Origin: a bacterium
GTDB lineage: Bacteria; Electryoneota; Electryoneia; Electryoneales; Electryoneaceae
Length of the DNA: 64,000 bases
Direction: 5' to 3'
NCBI GenBank assembly: GCA_963675295.2
Contig: CAXXKJ010000002.1
Location: forward strand, 672,001-736,000
Part shown: one piece after another, positions 10,736-20,981 of the stretch
Layout: each line of letters begins with the position of its first letter
How positions within the stretch are numbered: the first letter of the stretch is position 1
Translations under genes and position numbers: made by a program
The notes under the pieces: generated by a model
What the model saw: the letters and a program-made list of their open reading frames with translations, nothing else
What the model was told of the DNA's origin: nothing
Databases searched by the model: none

Positions 10736-13639
10736 TCAGAATTCACCGAACTCGTCGTCGTCCAGCTGGATCACATCTTCCGGCTGCCGGTAGGATCCGT
10801 TCTGCTTCGGCTTGGCTTTGACCACGGTTTCCGGATTGTCGGCGAGGTTGTCGTCCGCCTTGCGAGATGCGGTTTTGCCGTTTCCATGGCCATTGGAAGC
10901 GTTCGCCGCGTGTTTCTTGTGCAGGCGGAAGCGGGAGATCATGTCACGCAGCAGCGAAGCCTGGTTCGACAGTTCTTCCGCGGTCGCGGCGCCTTCTTCG
11001 GCGTTGGCGGAATTTTGTTGCGTGATGCCGTCCACGGTGCCGACCGCCTCGGAAATCTGTGAGATGCCCTGGGACTGCTCCCGGCTTGACGCGTGGATTT
11101 CGTTGGCCAGTTCGGCGACGTCGTTGATACCCTTGACGATCTCCTTCAACGCTTCAGCGGTTTCGTTGGCGATGACGACACCGTTCTCGGTCTTCTTCGT
11201 GGACAGGCTGATCAGCTCGGTGGTTTCGTTGGCAGCACGCGCGGACCGTTGCGCGAGGTTCCGCACCTCTTCCGCGACGACCGCGAAGCCCTTGCCGTGC
11301 ACGCCGGCGCGTGCGGCTTCGACGGCGGCGTTCAGCGCCAGCAGGTTGGTCTGGAAGGCGATTTCGTCGATCACCTTGATGATCTTGGCGACTTCCTGTG
11401 ACGATTCGTTGATGTGGCCCATCGCCTCAAGCATCTGCCCCATGCGGGAGTCGCCGGTTTCGGCGGCCTTGCGCACGGCGGTTGCGTGCTGTGCGGCCTG
11501 GGATGCGTTATCCTCGTTCAGCTTGGTCTGGCTTTCGACCTCGGTGATTGACGACGAAATCTCTTCCATCGCCGCGGCCTGCTGGTTGGCGCCATCGGAC
11601 AGGGACTGGCTCGATTCGGCCAGCTGCTGCGCGCCCTCGTTAACCTGTTCGATCGCGAGCAGGGTCTGGGACAGCAGGTCGTTGAGGGATTCCAGCGTGG
11701 CGTTCAGCGAGTTCTGAATGGTGGCGTGATCGCCCTTGAAGTCACCTTCGACCATCTTCGACAGGTCGCCGTTGGCCATCGATTCCAGAACCTCGGACGC
11801 CTTGTTAATCGGCTCGAGAATCCGGTCGAGGGTTTCGTTAAAGCCGCCGATGATGCGCTGGTAGTCACCCTGGTGTACGTCAATGTTCGCACGCTTCTTG
11901 AGTTCGCCTTCGACGGCGGCGTTGACCATCACTTTGCTGTCATTGACGAGGGTGTCGACGGCAACGATGCAGGCGTTCAAGCTGTCCTGGATGTCCTGGA
12001 AATCACCCTGGTAGTCTTCGTGGATCTGATCCGGAACATCGCCAGCCGCCATCAGGCGCAGGTTTTTCTGCACCACGAGCATCGGGGCGATGAAAGCTTC
12101 GACGAGACGGTTGAGGCCGCCCACGAGTTCCGCCCAACCACCCTTGAACTGGTCCGCATCGCCGCGAGTCTTCAGGTTACCGACATTGACGCTGTCGATG
12201 ATCTTCTGAATCTCACCGTGCAGCTTGGCGATGGTACCATTCATCTCGCGCATCGCGAGACCGAGCTCATCCTGATCGGACGCGAGCGTGACATCGATGT
12301 CCAGCTCACCGCCGGCGATACGGCGGGCGATGTCGGCCTTGTCGCGCAGGCTGCCCTGCATGTCGCGGAAGGCGTCCGCCAGTTCACCGACTTCGTCCGC
12401 GCTTTCGACGTCGATATTGCCGTCCAGCGCGCCCTTGGAAATCTTGATTGCCTGGTCCTTGAGGAACAGGATCGGGTTGGCGATGCGCCCGCCGATGATA
12501 AAGGCAAGGATGCCGAACGCGGCGAGGATGATGACACCGATCAGCACGGTGGTCATCGCAAGGCTACCCAGCGAGGCGTTGACTTCTTCCTTGACTGCGG
12601 CATACTCATCCGCGTACACACTGGCACCGATCACCCAGTCCCACGGCTCATAGTAGGCCATCATCGCGTATTTCTGGCGGCCCTGGAAGTTGTAGTCGTA
12701 GCGACCGAACTGTCCATCAACCTGCTGCTTGCCAAACTCGATCATGTCACGGGTGATGTCGTCACCAGCATCATTAACGACTGTCGCAATGGTGCCTTCC
12801 TTGCTCGCATCCGGGGCGACGTAGAACTTGGCGAAATCGTCACCCTGGCTGCCCAGTACGAACACGTACCCTGTTGCGCCGAGTTCGTAGGCACGAATGG
12901 CTTTCTTCACTTCGGCCAGCGAATTCAGCGGAATGCCGACATAGAGAATGCCGACGATGTTACGGGAATTGTCGTAAACAGGTTCGTACGCGGTGAGATA
13001 CCACTGATTCACCACAAACGCACGGCCACGATACGTTTCACCGCGCATGATGGCGGAGATGACGGGGTTCGACTTGCCGTCGGGGTTGACAGCGGGGATG
13101 TAAGTTCCGACCGCACGCGTGTCATCCAGCTTGCGGACGTTGGTCGCGACACGCAGCATGTCGCCTTCCGGGTTCATGCGCTGGAACACGGTGCAGGTGA
13201 CATCGCCCAGCTCGGAGACCTTGTCGACCAGCGGTACGTTCTGGTTGAACGACGTCGCCTGTCCGAGCCATTGCGACCCGACCATCAACCGCGGCAGCTG
13301 CACCATCTTCGAAGCCTTGGTGTACTGATTGACCGCTGTCCAGGTCACGGCTCGTGCGGACGATTCGTAGACGCCTCCGGCCTGATCCATCAGGTAGCTG
13401 GCCAGGGTCAACTTGTCGTCAATCGCCTTTTGGACCAAGGCGTCATTCGACGCGCACATTTCCACGACGCCCTTGGCGACCTGGGTCAACTCCTTGTTGA
13501 TCAGGATATCCAGGTTGTCTTCGACGTGGTGCTCGATATCCTTTTTCATCACGCTGACAGTGATCAGAATCGCGCTGACGGCAATCAGAACACCGAGGAT
13601 GGACGTACCGACAATTTTCTGCTTCAGGCCCAGCTTCAT
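10736..13639 (-). CDS. Methyl-accepting chemotaxis protein 2 (Cache_3-Cache_2-type sensor, multiple HAMP domains)
   Basis: ATG 13639 after AAGGAG; 'TVFQRMN...LRVATNV...RAVGT...[16 protein letters not shown]' sensor; MCP signalling hairpin; C-terminal EFGEF. Confidence 0.95.
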   Translation of the reverse strand: MKLGLKQKIVGTSILGVLIAVSAILITVSVMKKDIEHHVEDNLDILINKELTQVAKGVVEMCASNDALVQKAIDDKLTLASYLMDQAGGVYESSARAVTWTAVNQYTKASKMVQLPRLMVGSQWLGQATSFNQNVPLVDKVSELGDVTCTVFQRMNPEGDMLRVATNVRKLDDTRAVGTYIPAVNPDGKSNPVISAIMRGETYRGRAFVVNQWYLTAYEPVYDNSRNIVGILYVGIPLNSLAEVKKAIRAYELGATGYVFVLGSQGDDFAKFYVAPDASKEGTIATVVNDAGDDITRDMIEFGKQQVDGQFGRYDYNFQGRQKYAMMAYYEPWDWVIGASVYADEYAAVKEEVNASLGSLAMTTVLIGVIILAAFGILAFIIGGRIANPILFLKDQAIKISKGALDGNIDVESADEVGELADAFRDMQGSLRDKADIARRIAGGELDIDVTLASDQDELGLAMREMNGTIAKLHGEIQKIIDSVNVGNLKTRGDADQFKGGWAELVGGLNRLVEAFIAPMLVVQKNLRLMAAGDVPDQIHEDYQGDFQDIQDSLNACIVAVDTLVNDSKVMVNAAVEGELKKRANIDVHQGDYQRIIGGFNETLDRILEPINKASEVLESMANGDLSKMVEGDFKGDHATIQNSLNATLESLNDLLSQTLLAIEQVNEGAQQLAESSQSLSDGANQQAAAMEEISSSITEVESQTKLNEDNASQAAQHATAVRKAAETGDSRMGQMLEAMGHINESSQEVAKIIKVIDEIAFQTNLLALNAAVEAARAGVHGKGFAVVAEEVRNLAQRSARAANETTELISLSTKKTENGVVIANETAEALKEIVKGINDVAELANEIHASSREQSQGISQISEAVGTVDGITQQNSANAEEGAATAEELSNQASLLRDMISRFRLHKKHAANASNGHGNGKTASRKADDNLADNPETVVKAKPKQNGSYRQPEDVIQLDDDEFGEF

Positions 13640-13800
13640 GACCCACTCCTTTTTGTAGTCGCAACGCATGGCGAACTGCAGGTACTCAGGTTCACCTTTC
13701 CCCTTGGCGATTCCAGATGCGTTGCGTTCAACCCCGTGTCAGCTTCATGGGACAGATTCAGATTGACGACGACAATGAGAAGCTGACTGGTTTGAGCCTG

Positions 13801-13816
13801 AGCAAACATAATACCA
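13801..13816 (-). promoter_or_regulatory. Candidate sigma54 (-24/-12) promoter for MCP2
   Basis: Minus strand TGGTATTATGTTTGCT has GG-N10-GC spacing; an AT-rich tract lies upstream. Confidence 0.45.
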
Positions 13817-14169
13817 AAAACGCCAGTTATTATAAGATTATTATAAGTATTTGTGCAAGCTGTTGTATATACAGAGGTAAAGCTTGGAGTTTAATCGCTG
13901 GAGACAGGAGACGGGTTCTCTATCCGGTTGAGAATGGGCGGTTGGACTTAGGAAAAGTGTTTCAAATTATTCTATGCGAACTATCAGAATTGGGGGGTGT
14001 GACTCAGATTGCGTCATGCTGAAACGGTCACAGTGTTTCGGAGAAGTGAGAAGGCGTTGCTTACGCGGCAGCGTGTCTCGGGGTGAAAAGATGTTCTGTA
14101 CGCGTTTCCGATCCGGGGTGCAGGATGTATATTGGCCGGACGATCACCGGGAGTTCAGAGGAACCCTCC

Positions 14170-16095
14170 ATGTCCTATCTCGTAATGGCTCGCCGTTGGC
14201 GTCCGCAACGTTTTGCGGATGTTGTCGGCCAGGAACACGTCACACGCACCCTGCAGCGCGCGATTGAGCGCAAACGGGTCGCGCACGCCTATCTCTTCAC
14301 CGGTCCGCGTGGCGTCGGAAAGACGACCACCGCCCGCTTGCTGGCGATGGCGGTGAACGATCCGAATCCGATCCGTGACGATCTCGGTTTGCCGGATCTC
14401 GACCCGAACAATGAGATGAATAAAGACATCGCGGCCGGCAATGCGTTGGACGTAATTGAAATTGACGGCGCGTCCAACAACAAGGTGGACGATGTCCGTC
14501 AGCTGCGCGAGACGATCAAGTACGCGCCGACGTCGCTTGAGAAGAAGGTGTACATCATCGACGAAGTGCACATGCTGAGCGTGGCGGCGTTCAACGCGTT
14601 GTTGAAGACGCTGGAGGAGCCGCCGGAACACGCGATGTTCATCTTCGCGACGACGGAGGCGCACAAGGTTCCGGCGACGGTGCTCAGCCGTTGCCAGCGG
14701 TATGACTTCAAGCGTATTTCGACGAAGGAAATCCGCGAGCAGCTGAGCAAGATTGTCACGGCGGACGAGATCAACATCGACGAAGACGCGTTGACCGCGA
14801 TCGCGGTGAAGGCGGACGGCGCATTGCGTGATGCATTGTCAATTCTCGACCAGCTGGTGGCGTACCAGGGCGGCGACGCGATCACGGAGGATGTTGTCCG
14901 CCAGGCGTTGGGCTTGATCGGCGGCGAAATCTATTTCCGGACGACAGACATCGCGGCGACCGGGGATGTGGCGGGCGCGTTGGCGATTGCGAACGATCTC
15001 ACCGCCGGCGGGCATGATCCGCGCGAATATTTGCGTGGGTTGCAGCAGCATGTGTTGCGGTATTTGTTCCTCAAGGCGGGCGGCGGCTCGGATGAGCTGG
15101 CGGTGTCGGAGGAGGATCGGGACCGGTACACGAACACGCTGGATGAGTTCGCGGACGAAGACCTGTTGCGGATCGGCGAGTGGGCGGCGGAATCGGAAGA
15201 TCTGCTCCGCGACGCGTTGGATCCGGTGTTGCGTCTCGAGTTGCTGCTGGTGCGCATCGCCAAAATGGACCGCGCGGTGGATGTCGGGGCGTTGCTGCAA
15301 CGGATGGGTGTCGAACCGGGCTCGTTCCGGCAGGCGCGGACACGTCCGGCGGCAGAGAAGTCGACACAAACCCAGGCAAAACAGGCGGAGACGGAATCAG
15401 CGTCCAAACCGGCGGCAGAAGCTGAACCACAGACACAAGTGTCACCGGCGGCAAAGACCACCGTTGAAGAAGTACCGGAAGCCAGTCCGGAAAACCGGCA
15501 GCAATCTGACCCGGAAACAGACCCCGAACCGGCACCACAGCCGGAGAAGGTCGCAGCCACGCTGGACCCTCCCGCGCCGGCTCCTGAACCTGAGGTAGCG
15601 CGTTCAGTCGCGCCGGAACCGATCAGTGAGGCGGCGGAAGCGGACGCCGACGACACCGACCTGACCAATGATGACGACGAAGAGGCCGCGACCGACTTGG
15701 CCGAGGCGGAATCGGAAACGATCGGCGTGGACCAGATCCGCAAAGCGTGGGTTCAGTTCTGCGACCGGGTTGAGGACATGAAACGGCTGCTCGGGTCGCA
15801 CTTGGAAAAGGGCGCGCCGACGGGCTTTGAGGACGGTGCGTTGGAGATTACGTTTGATCCGACGTGCAATTTTGAGTACGAGAACGTGTTTCGCAACCGG
15901 GATGATGTCGCGCGTGGCTTCCGCTCGCATTTCGGTGTCGCCGCTCGTGTGATCGCGAAGAAGGGCACGATTCCGGAACAGTTGCGTCCGCCCAAGCGTC
16001 TCACGGAAGGGGAAAAGCGGCGCATGCAGTTTGACGAGATCCGCCGCAAGCATCCGGTCTGGAACGAGATGGTGGAACGGTTTTCGTTGAGGTAG
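14170..16095 (+). CDS. dnaX: DNA polymerase III subunit gamma/tau
   Basis: 'ARRWRPQRF..VVGQEH', Walker A GPRGVGKTT, 'IIDEVHML', 'LKTLEEPP', SRC motif; Pro/Ala/Glu-rich linker. Confidence 0.97.
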   Translation: MSYLVMARRWRPQRFADVVGQEHVTRTLQRAIERKRVAHAYLFTGPRGVGKTTTARLLAMAVNDPNPIRDDLGLPDLDPNNEMNKDIAAGNALDVIEIDGASNNKVDDVRQLRETIKYAPTSLEKKVYIIDEVHMLSVAAFNALLKTLEEPPEHAMFIFATTEAHKVPATVLSRCQRYDFKRISTKEIREQLSKIVTADEINIDEDALTAIAVKADGALRDALSILDQLVAYQGGDAITEDVVRQALGLIGGEIYFRTTDIAATGDVAGALAIANDLTAGGHDPREYLRGLQQHVLRYLFLKAGGGSDELAVSEEDRDRYTNTLDEFADEDLLRIGEWAAESEDLLRDALDPVLRLELLLVRIAKMDRAVDVGALLQRMGVEPGSFRQARTRPAAEKSTQTQAKQAETESASKPAAEAEPQTQVSPAAKTTVEEVPEASPENRQQSDPETDPEPAPQPEKVAATLDPPAPAPEPEVARSVAPEPISEAAEADADDTDLTNDDDEEAATDLAEAESETIGVDQIRKAWVQFCDRVEDMKRLLGSHLEKGAPTGFEDGALEITFDPTCNFEYENVFRNRDDVARGFRSHFGVAARVIAKKGTIPEQLRPPKRLTEGEKRRMQFDEIRRKHPVWNEMVERFSLR

Positions 16096-16096
16096 G

Positions 16097-16142
16097 AAAA
16101 GAAGCAACAGATGCAAAACAAGCAAAAGATGCAGAGTACGCG
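16097..16142 (+). repeat. Degenerate 9-mer tandem array
   Basis: aaagaagca acagatgca aaacaagca aaagatgca gagtacgcg; a similar array occurs in reverse orientation at 45171-45211. Confidence 0.7.
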
Positions 16143-16245
16143 GACCACACGTTGAAGTACCGGCAGGATTTGTCTTTGGCATATGTTGCGTCTTTGACGG
16201 CTTTTGCTGATAGCAGGCTTGAACGATTCACAGGAGTATAAAAGG

Positions 16246-16578
16246 ATGAAGAACATGGGCAACATGTCCGGCATGATGAAGCAGGTGAAGAAGATGCAGC
16301 AGGACATGGCACGGGCGCAGGAGGAACTGGCCGAACTTGAAGTCAGCGCCAGCTCGGGCGGCGGGATGGTGACCGTCACCGCGAACGGCAAGCAGGAGCT
16401 GCTGGCTATCGAGATCAAGCCGGATGCGGTCGATCCGGACGACGTCGAGATGCTGGAAGACCTGGTGTTGGCCGCGACGAACGAAGCGCTGCGCAAGGCG
16501 TCCGACGCCGCCAGCGAACACATGGCGAAGGTGACTGGTCCGTTGCAGGGCATGCTCCCGCCGGGAATGGGATTCTAA
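16246..16578 (+). CDS. ybaB: YbaB/EbfC nucleoid-associated protein
   Basis: 'MMKQVKKMQQDM...SGGGMVTVT.NG...DVEMLEDLVLAA.NEA'; located between dnaX and recR. Confidence 0.95.
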   Translation: MKNMGNMSGMMKQVKKMQQDMARAQEELAELEVSASSGGGMVTVTANGKQELLAIEIKPDAVDPDDVEMLEDLVLAATNEALRKASDAASEHMAKVTGPLQGMLPPGMGF

Positions 16579-16586
16579 GAGCAGCT

Positions 16587-16678
16587 GTGAGCAATGAGCT
16601 CAGAGCTGTGAGCATCACATGATGCCCGCGCAGCAGATTTGCTGACGCGGATGACCCACGACATACATGTCGTGGCAT
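16587..16678. repeat. Heptamer array plus ATGCCC...GGCAT hairpin doublet
   Basis: tgagcaa tgagctc agagctg tgagcat, then two hairpins including CCACGACATACATGTCGTGG. Confidence 0.8.
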
Positions 16679-16706
16679 GACAGAACGTTGAAACACTCGA
16701 GGTCTT

Positions 16707-17312
16707 GTGGCTTCTTCGTTACCCCCGGCGGTGATCGCGTTGCAGACCGAACTGTCGAAGATGCCTGGTGTCGGCAAGAAATCGGCACTGCGGATGGCGA
16801 TGCATCTGCTCAAGTCGCAGCGTGACGATGTCGCGCGGCTGGCGCGTGCGGTGATTGACGTCAAGGACAAGGTCAAGATCTGTTCGACTTGCGGCTTTAT
16901 CAGCGACACCGACCCGTGCCACATCTGTAACGACCGCAAACGGCCGGGCAAGGTGGTGTGTGTCGTCGAACAGCCAACGGACGTCATCGCGCTGGAAAAG
17001 GGCGGGGTGTTTTCGGGAAAATACCACGTGCTCGGGGGTGTGCTCGCGCCGTTGGAAGGTGTCGGGCCGGAGGACATCAACATCGGCGGCCTCGTCGCAC
17101 GGCTTGAGCCGGAAGGGATCGAGGAGGTTGTGGTCGCGACCAACCCGACGCCCGAGGGTGAACAGACCGCGTACTACCTTGCCAAGATCCTGCAGCCGAA
17201 AGGGGTCAATGTCACCCGGATCGCGCGTGGCATCCCGGTCGGTGCGGATCTTGAGAACGCGGACGATCTGACCCTGACCCGTGCCCTTGAGGGGCGGGTC
17301 CGGTTGGACTGA
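16707..17312 (+). CDS. recR: Recombination mediator RecR
   Basis: HhH 'MPGVGKKSA.R', C4 zinc finger CSTC...CHIC, Toprim 'VVATNPTPEGEQTA', 'RIARGIPVG'. Confidence 0.97.
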   Translation: MASSLPPAVIALQTELSKMPGVGKKSALRMAMHLLKSQRDDVARLARAVIDVKDKVKICSTCGFISDTDPCHICNDRKRPGKVVCVVEQPTDVIALEKGGVFSGKYHVLGGVLAPLEGVGPEDINIGGLVARLEPEGIEEVVVATNPTPEGEQTAYYLAKILQPKGVNVTRIARGIPVGADLENADDLTLTRALEGRVRLD

Positions 17313-17452
17313 AGTACAACAGTCCGAAGTCGAAAGCATCAGGTCAAAGGACGGCGTACCGGGCAGTGTGAGTCGCGACAAGACAGCCAGATCGGCCTGT
17401 CAGGCATAGCTGTCCGTTTCTTCCGTGTATTCCGTGGTTGCAAAGGTGTTTC

Positions 17453-17836
17453 ATGACCATCGGCCTCGATATCGTGCATATGAATCGGTTTACGGATCAC
17501 ATCAGCGACGACGATCCGTTCCTGCGCCGTATCTTTACCGAGCAGGAACTGGCCTTGGTTCCGGCGGGGCCGAGGCGTGCGTTACGGCTGGCCGGCCGTT
17601 GGGCGGCAAAGGAAGCTGTCGCCAAGGCGCTGGGCTGCGGGTTCGGCGAACAGTTGACCTTCCGCGAGGTCGAGATTCTGCGCAACGACAAGGGCGCGCC
17701 GACGGTTCAGCTTGCCGATGCCGCCGCCACCCGTCACAACCATCCTACCCTGCAGGTATCCATCACGCATGACGGCGACTACGCCGCTGCGGTCGCGGTT
17801 TGTATGACTTCCGGATCGCTTGGTGTGCCTTCATGA
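17453..17836 (+). CDS. acpS: Holo-[acyl-carrier-protein] synthase
   Basis: 'IGLDIV', 'RIFTEQE', 'AGRWAAKEAVAKALG', 'VSITHDGDYAAA'. Confidence 0.93.
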   Translation: MTIGLDIVHMNRFTDHISDDDPFLRRIFTEQELALVPAGPRRALRLAGRWAAKEAVAKALGCGFGEQLTFREVEILRNDKGAPTVQLADAAATRHNHPTLQVSITHDGDYAAAVAVCMTSGSLGVPS

Positions 17837-17875
17837 GCGCCTGATCTGTCCTGAGTAGCTTGGCAACCACTGGGT

Positions 17876-17993
17876 GTGTCATCCTGAACGCAGTGAAGGA
17901 TCCGGTCGGATAGCCGGTGTCGACGCAACAATTTAAAATTCGCGTATCTTCAAGCAGATTCTTCACTTCTCTTCGTTCCGTTCAGAATGACAC
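17876..17993. repeat. MITE-like inverted-repeat element
   Basis: Left arm GTGTCATCCTGAACGCAGTGAAGGATC; right arm GATTCTTCACT...CGTTCAGAATGACAC; a C-rich heptamer array follows at about 17999-18045. Confidence 0.75.
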
Positions 17994-18193
17994 CCACCCC
18001 CGACCACCACTTACCAAGCACCGACCACCAATCACCGACTACCGCTACCCCTTCCGAGCGCTCGCTGGCAACTTCATCGCTGGGCCAGGCGTATATTCTA
18101 CAACACTCAGGGGTCCACCCAATCGTCCACCAGCCCAGGATCACCACCGTGCGCGCATCGAATTCTGGTTCTGTCCGTCGTCTACCCTCCGTT

Positions 18194-19684
18194 ATGCTAT
18201 TTCTGCTGCTTGCCATCGTTTTGACCGCGTTTGCGCCGGAGGCATGCGCCCGGCAGCGCTTCATGGAAGATGACTGGGTGGCGTGGCCAGATCTGCGCAC
18301 CTATGTCGACTTCGATCTGGGCAAGAACACGGTGTACATCGCGACGACGGAGGGCATTCTGCGTTGGAGCCGCACGAAGGAAACCTGGCTCGATCCGTGG
18401 TTCAGCGTGCCGGGTCCGTTGACCGAGGCGATTTTCCTGAACAATCCAACGAAGGTACGGGAAGATCCGTTGACGCAGGATGTCTGGGTGTTGTTGCCGG
18501 ATGGTTGGGTGGTGCGTGATACCGGTGTCGATTACTGGGAGTACAAGTCGCCGGACGGGACCACCATGGAGCGGATGGAGCGGAAATCCCGCAAACGTGT
18601 CGACCCGGATCCGGGTCTGATCACACCGTACCAGTACATCCTCGACATTAACGATTATTCGCTCAGCTACCGGAATAAGGAGTGGAAGTACGACGGCGGC
18701 ATTGCGACCGATTGGAACAAGGAGTTGTACGCGTGGCTGGGTCTCGGTGTCGGTATCATCGACAAATACTCGCCGACGTTGCAGCTGTACCCGCAGGGAG
18801 TCGGGCCGAGTCCGGGGCTGGTGGTGACCGATTCCACGATCTGGGCGGCGGGTCAGTTGAGTTATGACGGCGGCTGGTTGTGGAAACGGACACGCGGCGA
18901 GAAGAACGAGAAGTGGTATTTCTACGATCCCGCGATCGCATGGGGACTGGAGGAGGGTGATGTCCAGTCGATGCAGGTGGACAAGGACGGCACGCTCTGG
19001 ATCGCGACCAACCACGGGCTGATGTTCGGCGATGGCAAACGGTTCCGCTTGTTGCGCAAGACGGATGGCCTCCCCAGCGAACGGATCAAGGACGTACAGC
19101 CGATGAAAGGCGGCGCGTGGGTCGCGACTCGGTACGGCATGGCGTTCGTCAACAAGAAGACCGCCGAGGTTATCCGTCCGGACAAGGAAACCGAGCAGCC
19201 GTTCGCGGTGGGTATGTGGAGTCAGCTCGCGGCGTTCGGGGATACGTTGTACGCGTCCGGCCCAAGTTTCCTGGTCAAGAAGGCGAAAAACGGTCCTTGG
19301 ACTGAGATCGATGTCACGACCACCGTCGGCGCCGGCACCGATCCGTTGGCATTGTGGGCGGAGCAGGGCTTTGTCGCGATTGGCGACAAGCAGGGGATCG
19401 CGTGGGGCACCCCGAACGGTACGTGGCAGCAGGCGTTCAATCACCTTTGGAATGATGGCTACGTCTTCTCCATCGACTTTCACGGCGGCTATTTCTGGTT
19501 GGGGACGGATCGTGGACTGGTCAAGTTCGACCCGACACAGGGTGACGCGATTGTGTACACGACGAAAGAAGGCCTGCCGGGGAACAAGGTGTTTGAGGTG
19601 ATCGGCGAGGGCGATTATTTGTGGCTCGGCACCGATGTCGCGTTGGCGAAATTTCACTGGAACGTGCCAGGGCGGTTGGATTAA
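18194..19684 (+). CDS. Secreted beta-propeller protein (two-component regulator propeller-like repeats)
   Basis: Signal peptide; repeated 'LWIATNHGL', 'DGLPSERI', 'WLGTDRGLVKFD', 'YTTKEGLPGNKV'; the upstream ORF extension runs through repeat DNA; start uncertain. Confidence 0.75.
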   Translation: MLFLLLAIVLTAFAPEACARQRFMEDDWVAWPDLRTYVDFDLGKNTVYIATTEGILRWSRTKETWLDPWFSVPGPLTEAIFLNNPTKVREDPLTQDVWVLLPDGWVVRDTGVDYWEYKSPDGTTMERMERKSRKRVDPDPGLITPYQYILDINDYSLSYRNKEWKYDGGIATDWNKELYAWLGLGVGIIDKYSPTLQLYPQGVGPSPGLVVTDSTIWAAGQLSYDGGWLWKRTRGEKNEKWYFYDPAIAWGLEEGDVQSMQVDKDGTLWIATNHGLMFGDGKRFRLLRKTDGLPSERIKDVQPMKGGAWVATRYGMAFVNKKTAEVIRPDKETEQPFAVGMWSQLAAFGDTLYASGPSFLVKKAKNGPWTEIDVTTTVGAGTDPLALWAEQGFVAIGDKQGIAWGTPNGTWQQAFNHLWNDGYVFSIDFHGGYFWLGTDRGLVKFDPTQGDAIVYTTKEGLPGNKVFEVIGEGDYLWLGTDVALAKFHWNVPGRLD

Positions 19685-19732
19685 GGAAGTGGCAGCGGAC
19701 TACGGACCGCCGACCGTAGTCCCCCGCCTGTA

Positions 19733-19775
19733 GTCACTGAGTACTGCGAACTGACCACTGACCACTGATGACTGG
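19733..19775 (+). repeat. Heptamer array (CTGACCA-type)
   Basis: ctgagta ctgcgaa ctgacca ctgacca ctgatga; preceded by a GGACTACGG...CCGTAGTCC hairpin. Confidence 0.75.
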
Positions 19776-19853
19776 CGTCCACGTTCCCCATCTCACCCCT
19801 CGGACCCGGTTCCGGGGGTTCCATCTCGTTCGGCAAGCATTATCTTCACGCCC

Positions 19854-20981
19854 ATGAAACGAATCCTGACACGTATCCTGCTGATCCTGCCGCTACTGGT
19901 GTTGTTGTTGCTCGGTGTGGCGGCGGCGACACAGTCCGCTGAAAAAACCTGGACCGGCGACACCGAGGACGACTCGGTGCTGGTCGCGCCGGAACCGACC
20001 GCGGTGCTGATGGAATTCCACAACGCGCTGGCGCGGGAGGAGTACGCCGAAGCGCGGGCGGTGGTGGACCGGTTGAAGGCGATGGACGACCTCACATTCC
20101 GGCCGTGGATGCGCATGCTGCGTGCGAGCCTGACGGTGACCGCCGCGATCGACTTCGGCGTCGAGGAGAAGGAGAACCTCTTTCACAGTGACGTGAAGAT
20201 CGCGACGAAAGCGTTCGAGTGGACGTTGAAGCAGGAAGAGGACGACGCCGACGACAAACGGCTAGCGTCGTTGTACGCCGCACTGGGCACATTGATGCTG
20301 CTGAACGCCCAGTGGGAGAACGAGATCGACGGCGACCTGCTGAAGTCGGCGACGATGGCGAGCGACGGCTACACCCGGATGAAGAAGGCGTACCGGCTGG
20401 ACGAGACCCGTATGGACGCGCTACTCGGCACCGCGGCCTATCGTTTCTTCCGCAGCCACACGTTGAAGTTCATCACCTGGATGCCATTCATCAAGGATGA
20501 CCGTGAGGATGCGCTCGTGGACATGCGGCGCGTGGTGCAGACCCCCGGCCCGGCGCAGCCCGGTGCGGCGACGACGCTGGCGTGGTCGCTGATCGAGATG
20601 GATCGGCCTGAAGAGGCGGTGACGGCGTGCGAACCGTGGCTGATGGTGCTGAACAACCCGCGTCACCTGCTCGAGCCATATGCCAAGGCACAGTTCGTCG
20701 CCGAGAACTGGGCGGACGCGAAGGCGGCGTACGATCTGTACATCGCGAAGATCAAGGATGCGCCGGTATTGAACACCGAACGGTTGCTCGGCGCGTTGAG
20801 CCGTGCGCTGCAGTCGTCGAAACCGCTGAACGATTGGGAGGCGGTGGCGGCGTACGCGGATGAGGCGTTGAGCCTGCCGCTCAGCGAGGACGAATGGCGC
20901 GAGTACGACGATTTCCGTGACGGATTCGAGGAGTACAAGGCGAAGGCGGCGGAACGGCTGGGTGGTGAAACTGGTGAGTGA
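19854..20981 (+). CDS. Exported TPR-like alpha-helical protein
   Basis: Signal peptide; helical repeats ('MKKAYRLDETRMDALLGTAAY', 'WADAKAAY'); 3' end overlaps the cca start. Confidence 0.7.
   Translation: MKRILTRILLILPLLVLLLLGVAAATQSAEKTWTGDTEDDSVLVAPEPTAVLMEFHNALAREEYAEARAVVDRLKAMDDLTFRPWMRMLRASLTVTAAIDFGVEEKENLFHSDVKIATKAFEWTLKQEEDDADDKRLASLYAALGTLMLLNAQWENEIDGDLLKSATMASDGYTRMKKAYRLDETRMDALLGTAAYRFFRSHTLKFITWMPFIKDDREDALVDMRRVVQTPGPAQPGAATTLAWSLIEMDRPEEAVTACEPWLMVLNNPRHLLEPYAKAQFVAENWADAKAAYDLYIAKIKDAPVLNTERLLGALSRALQSSKPLNDWEAVAAYADEALSLPLSEDEWREYDDFRDGFEEYKAKAAERLGGETGE

Noticed and set aside
6960-12500. Diversity-generating retroelement template/variable repeat pair in the MCP duplication
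   Set aside because: Differences are mainly synonymous and not adenine-specific; no reverse transcriptase gene in the window
11726-13786. Long antisense ORFs (also 5543-6829, 20881-22470, 27420-28937, 54556-57114)
   Set aside because: Shadow frames of well-supported genes, expected from high-GC codon bias; no recognisable motifs
13900-14169. SRP RNA (ffs), often found upstream of dnaX
   Set aside because: The conserved CAGG...GNRA...AGCAG domain IV motif was not found
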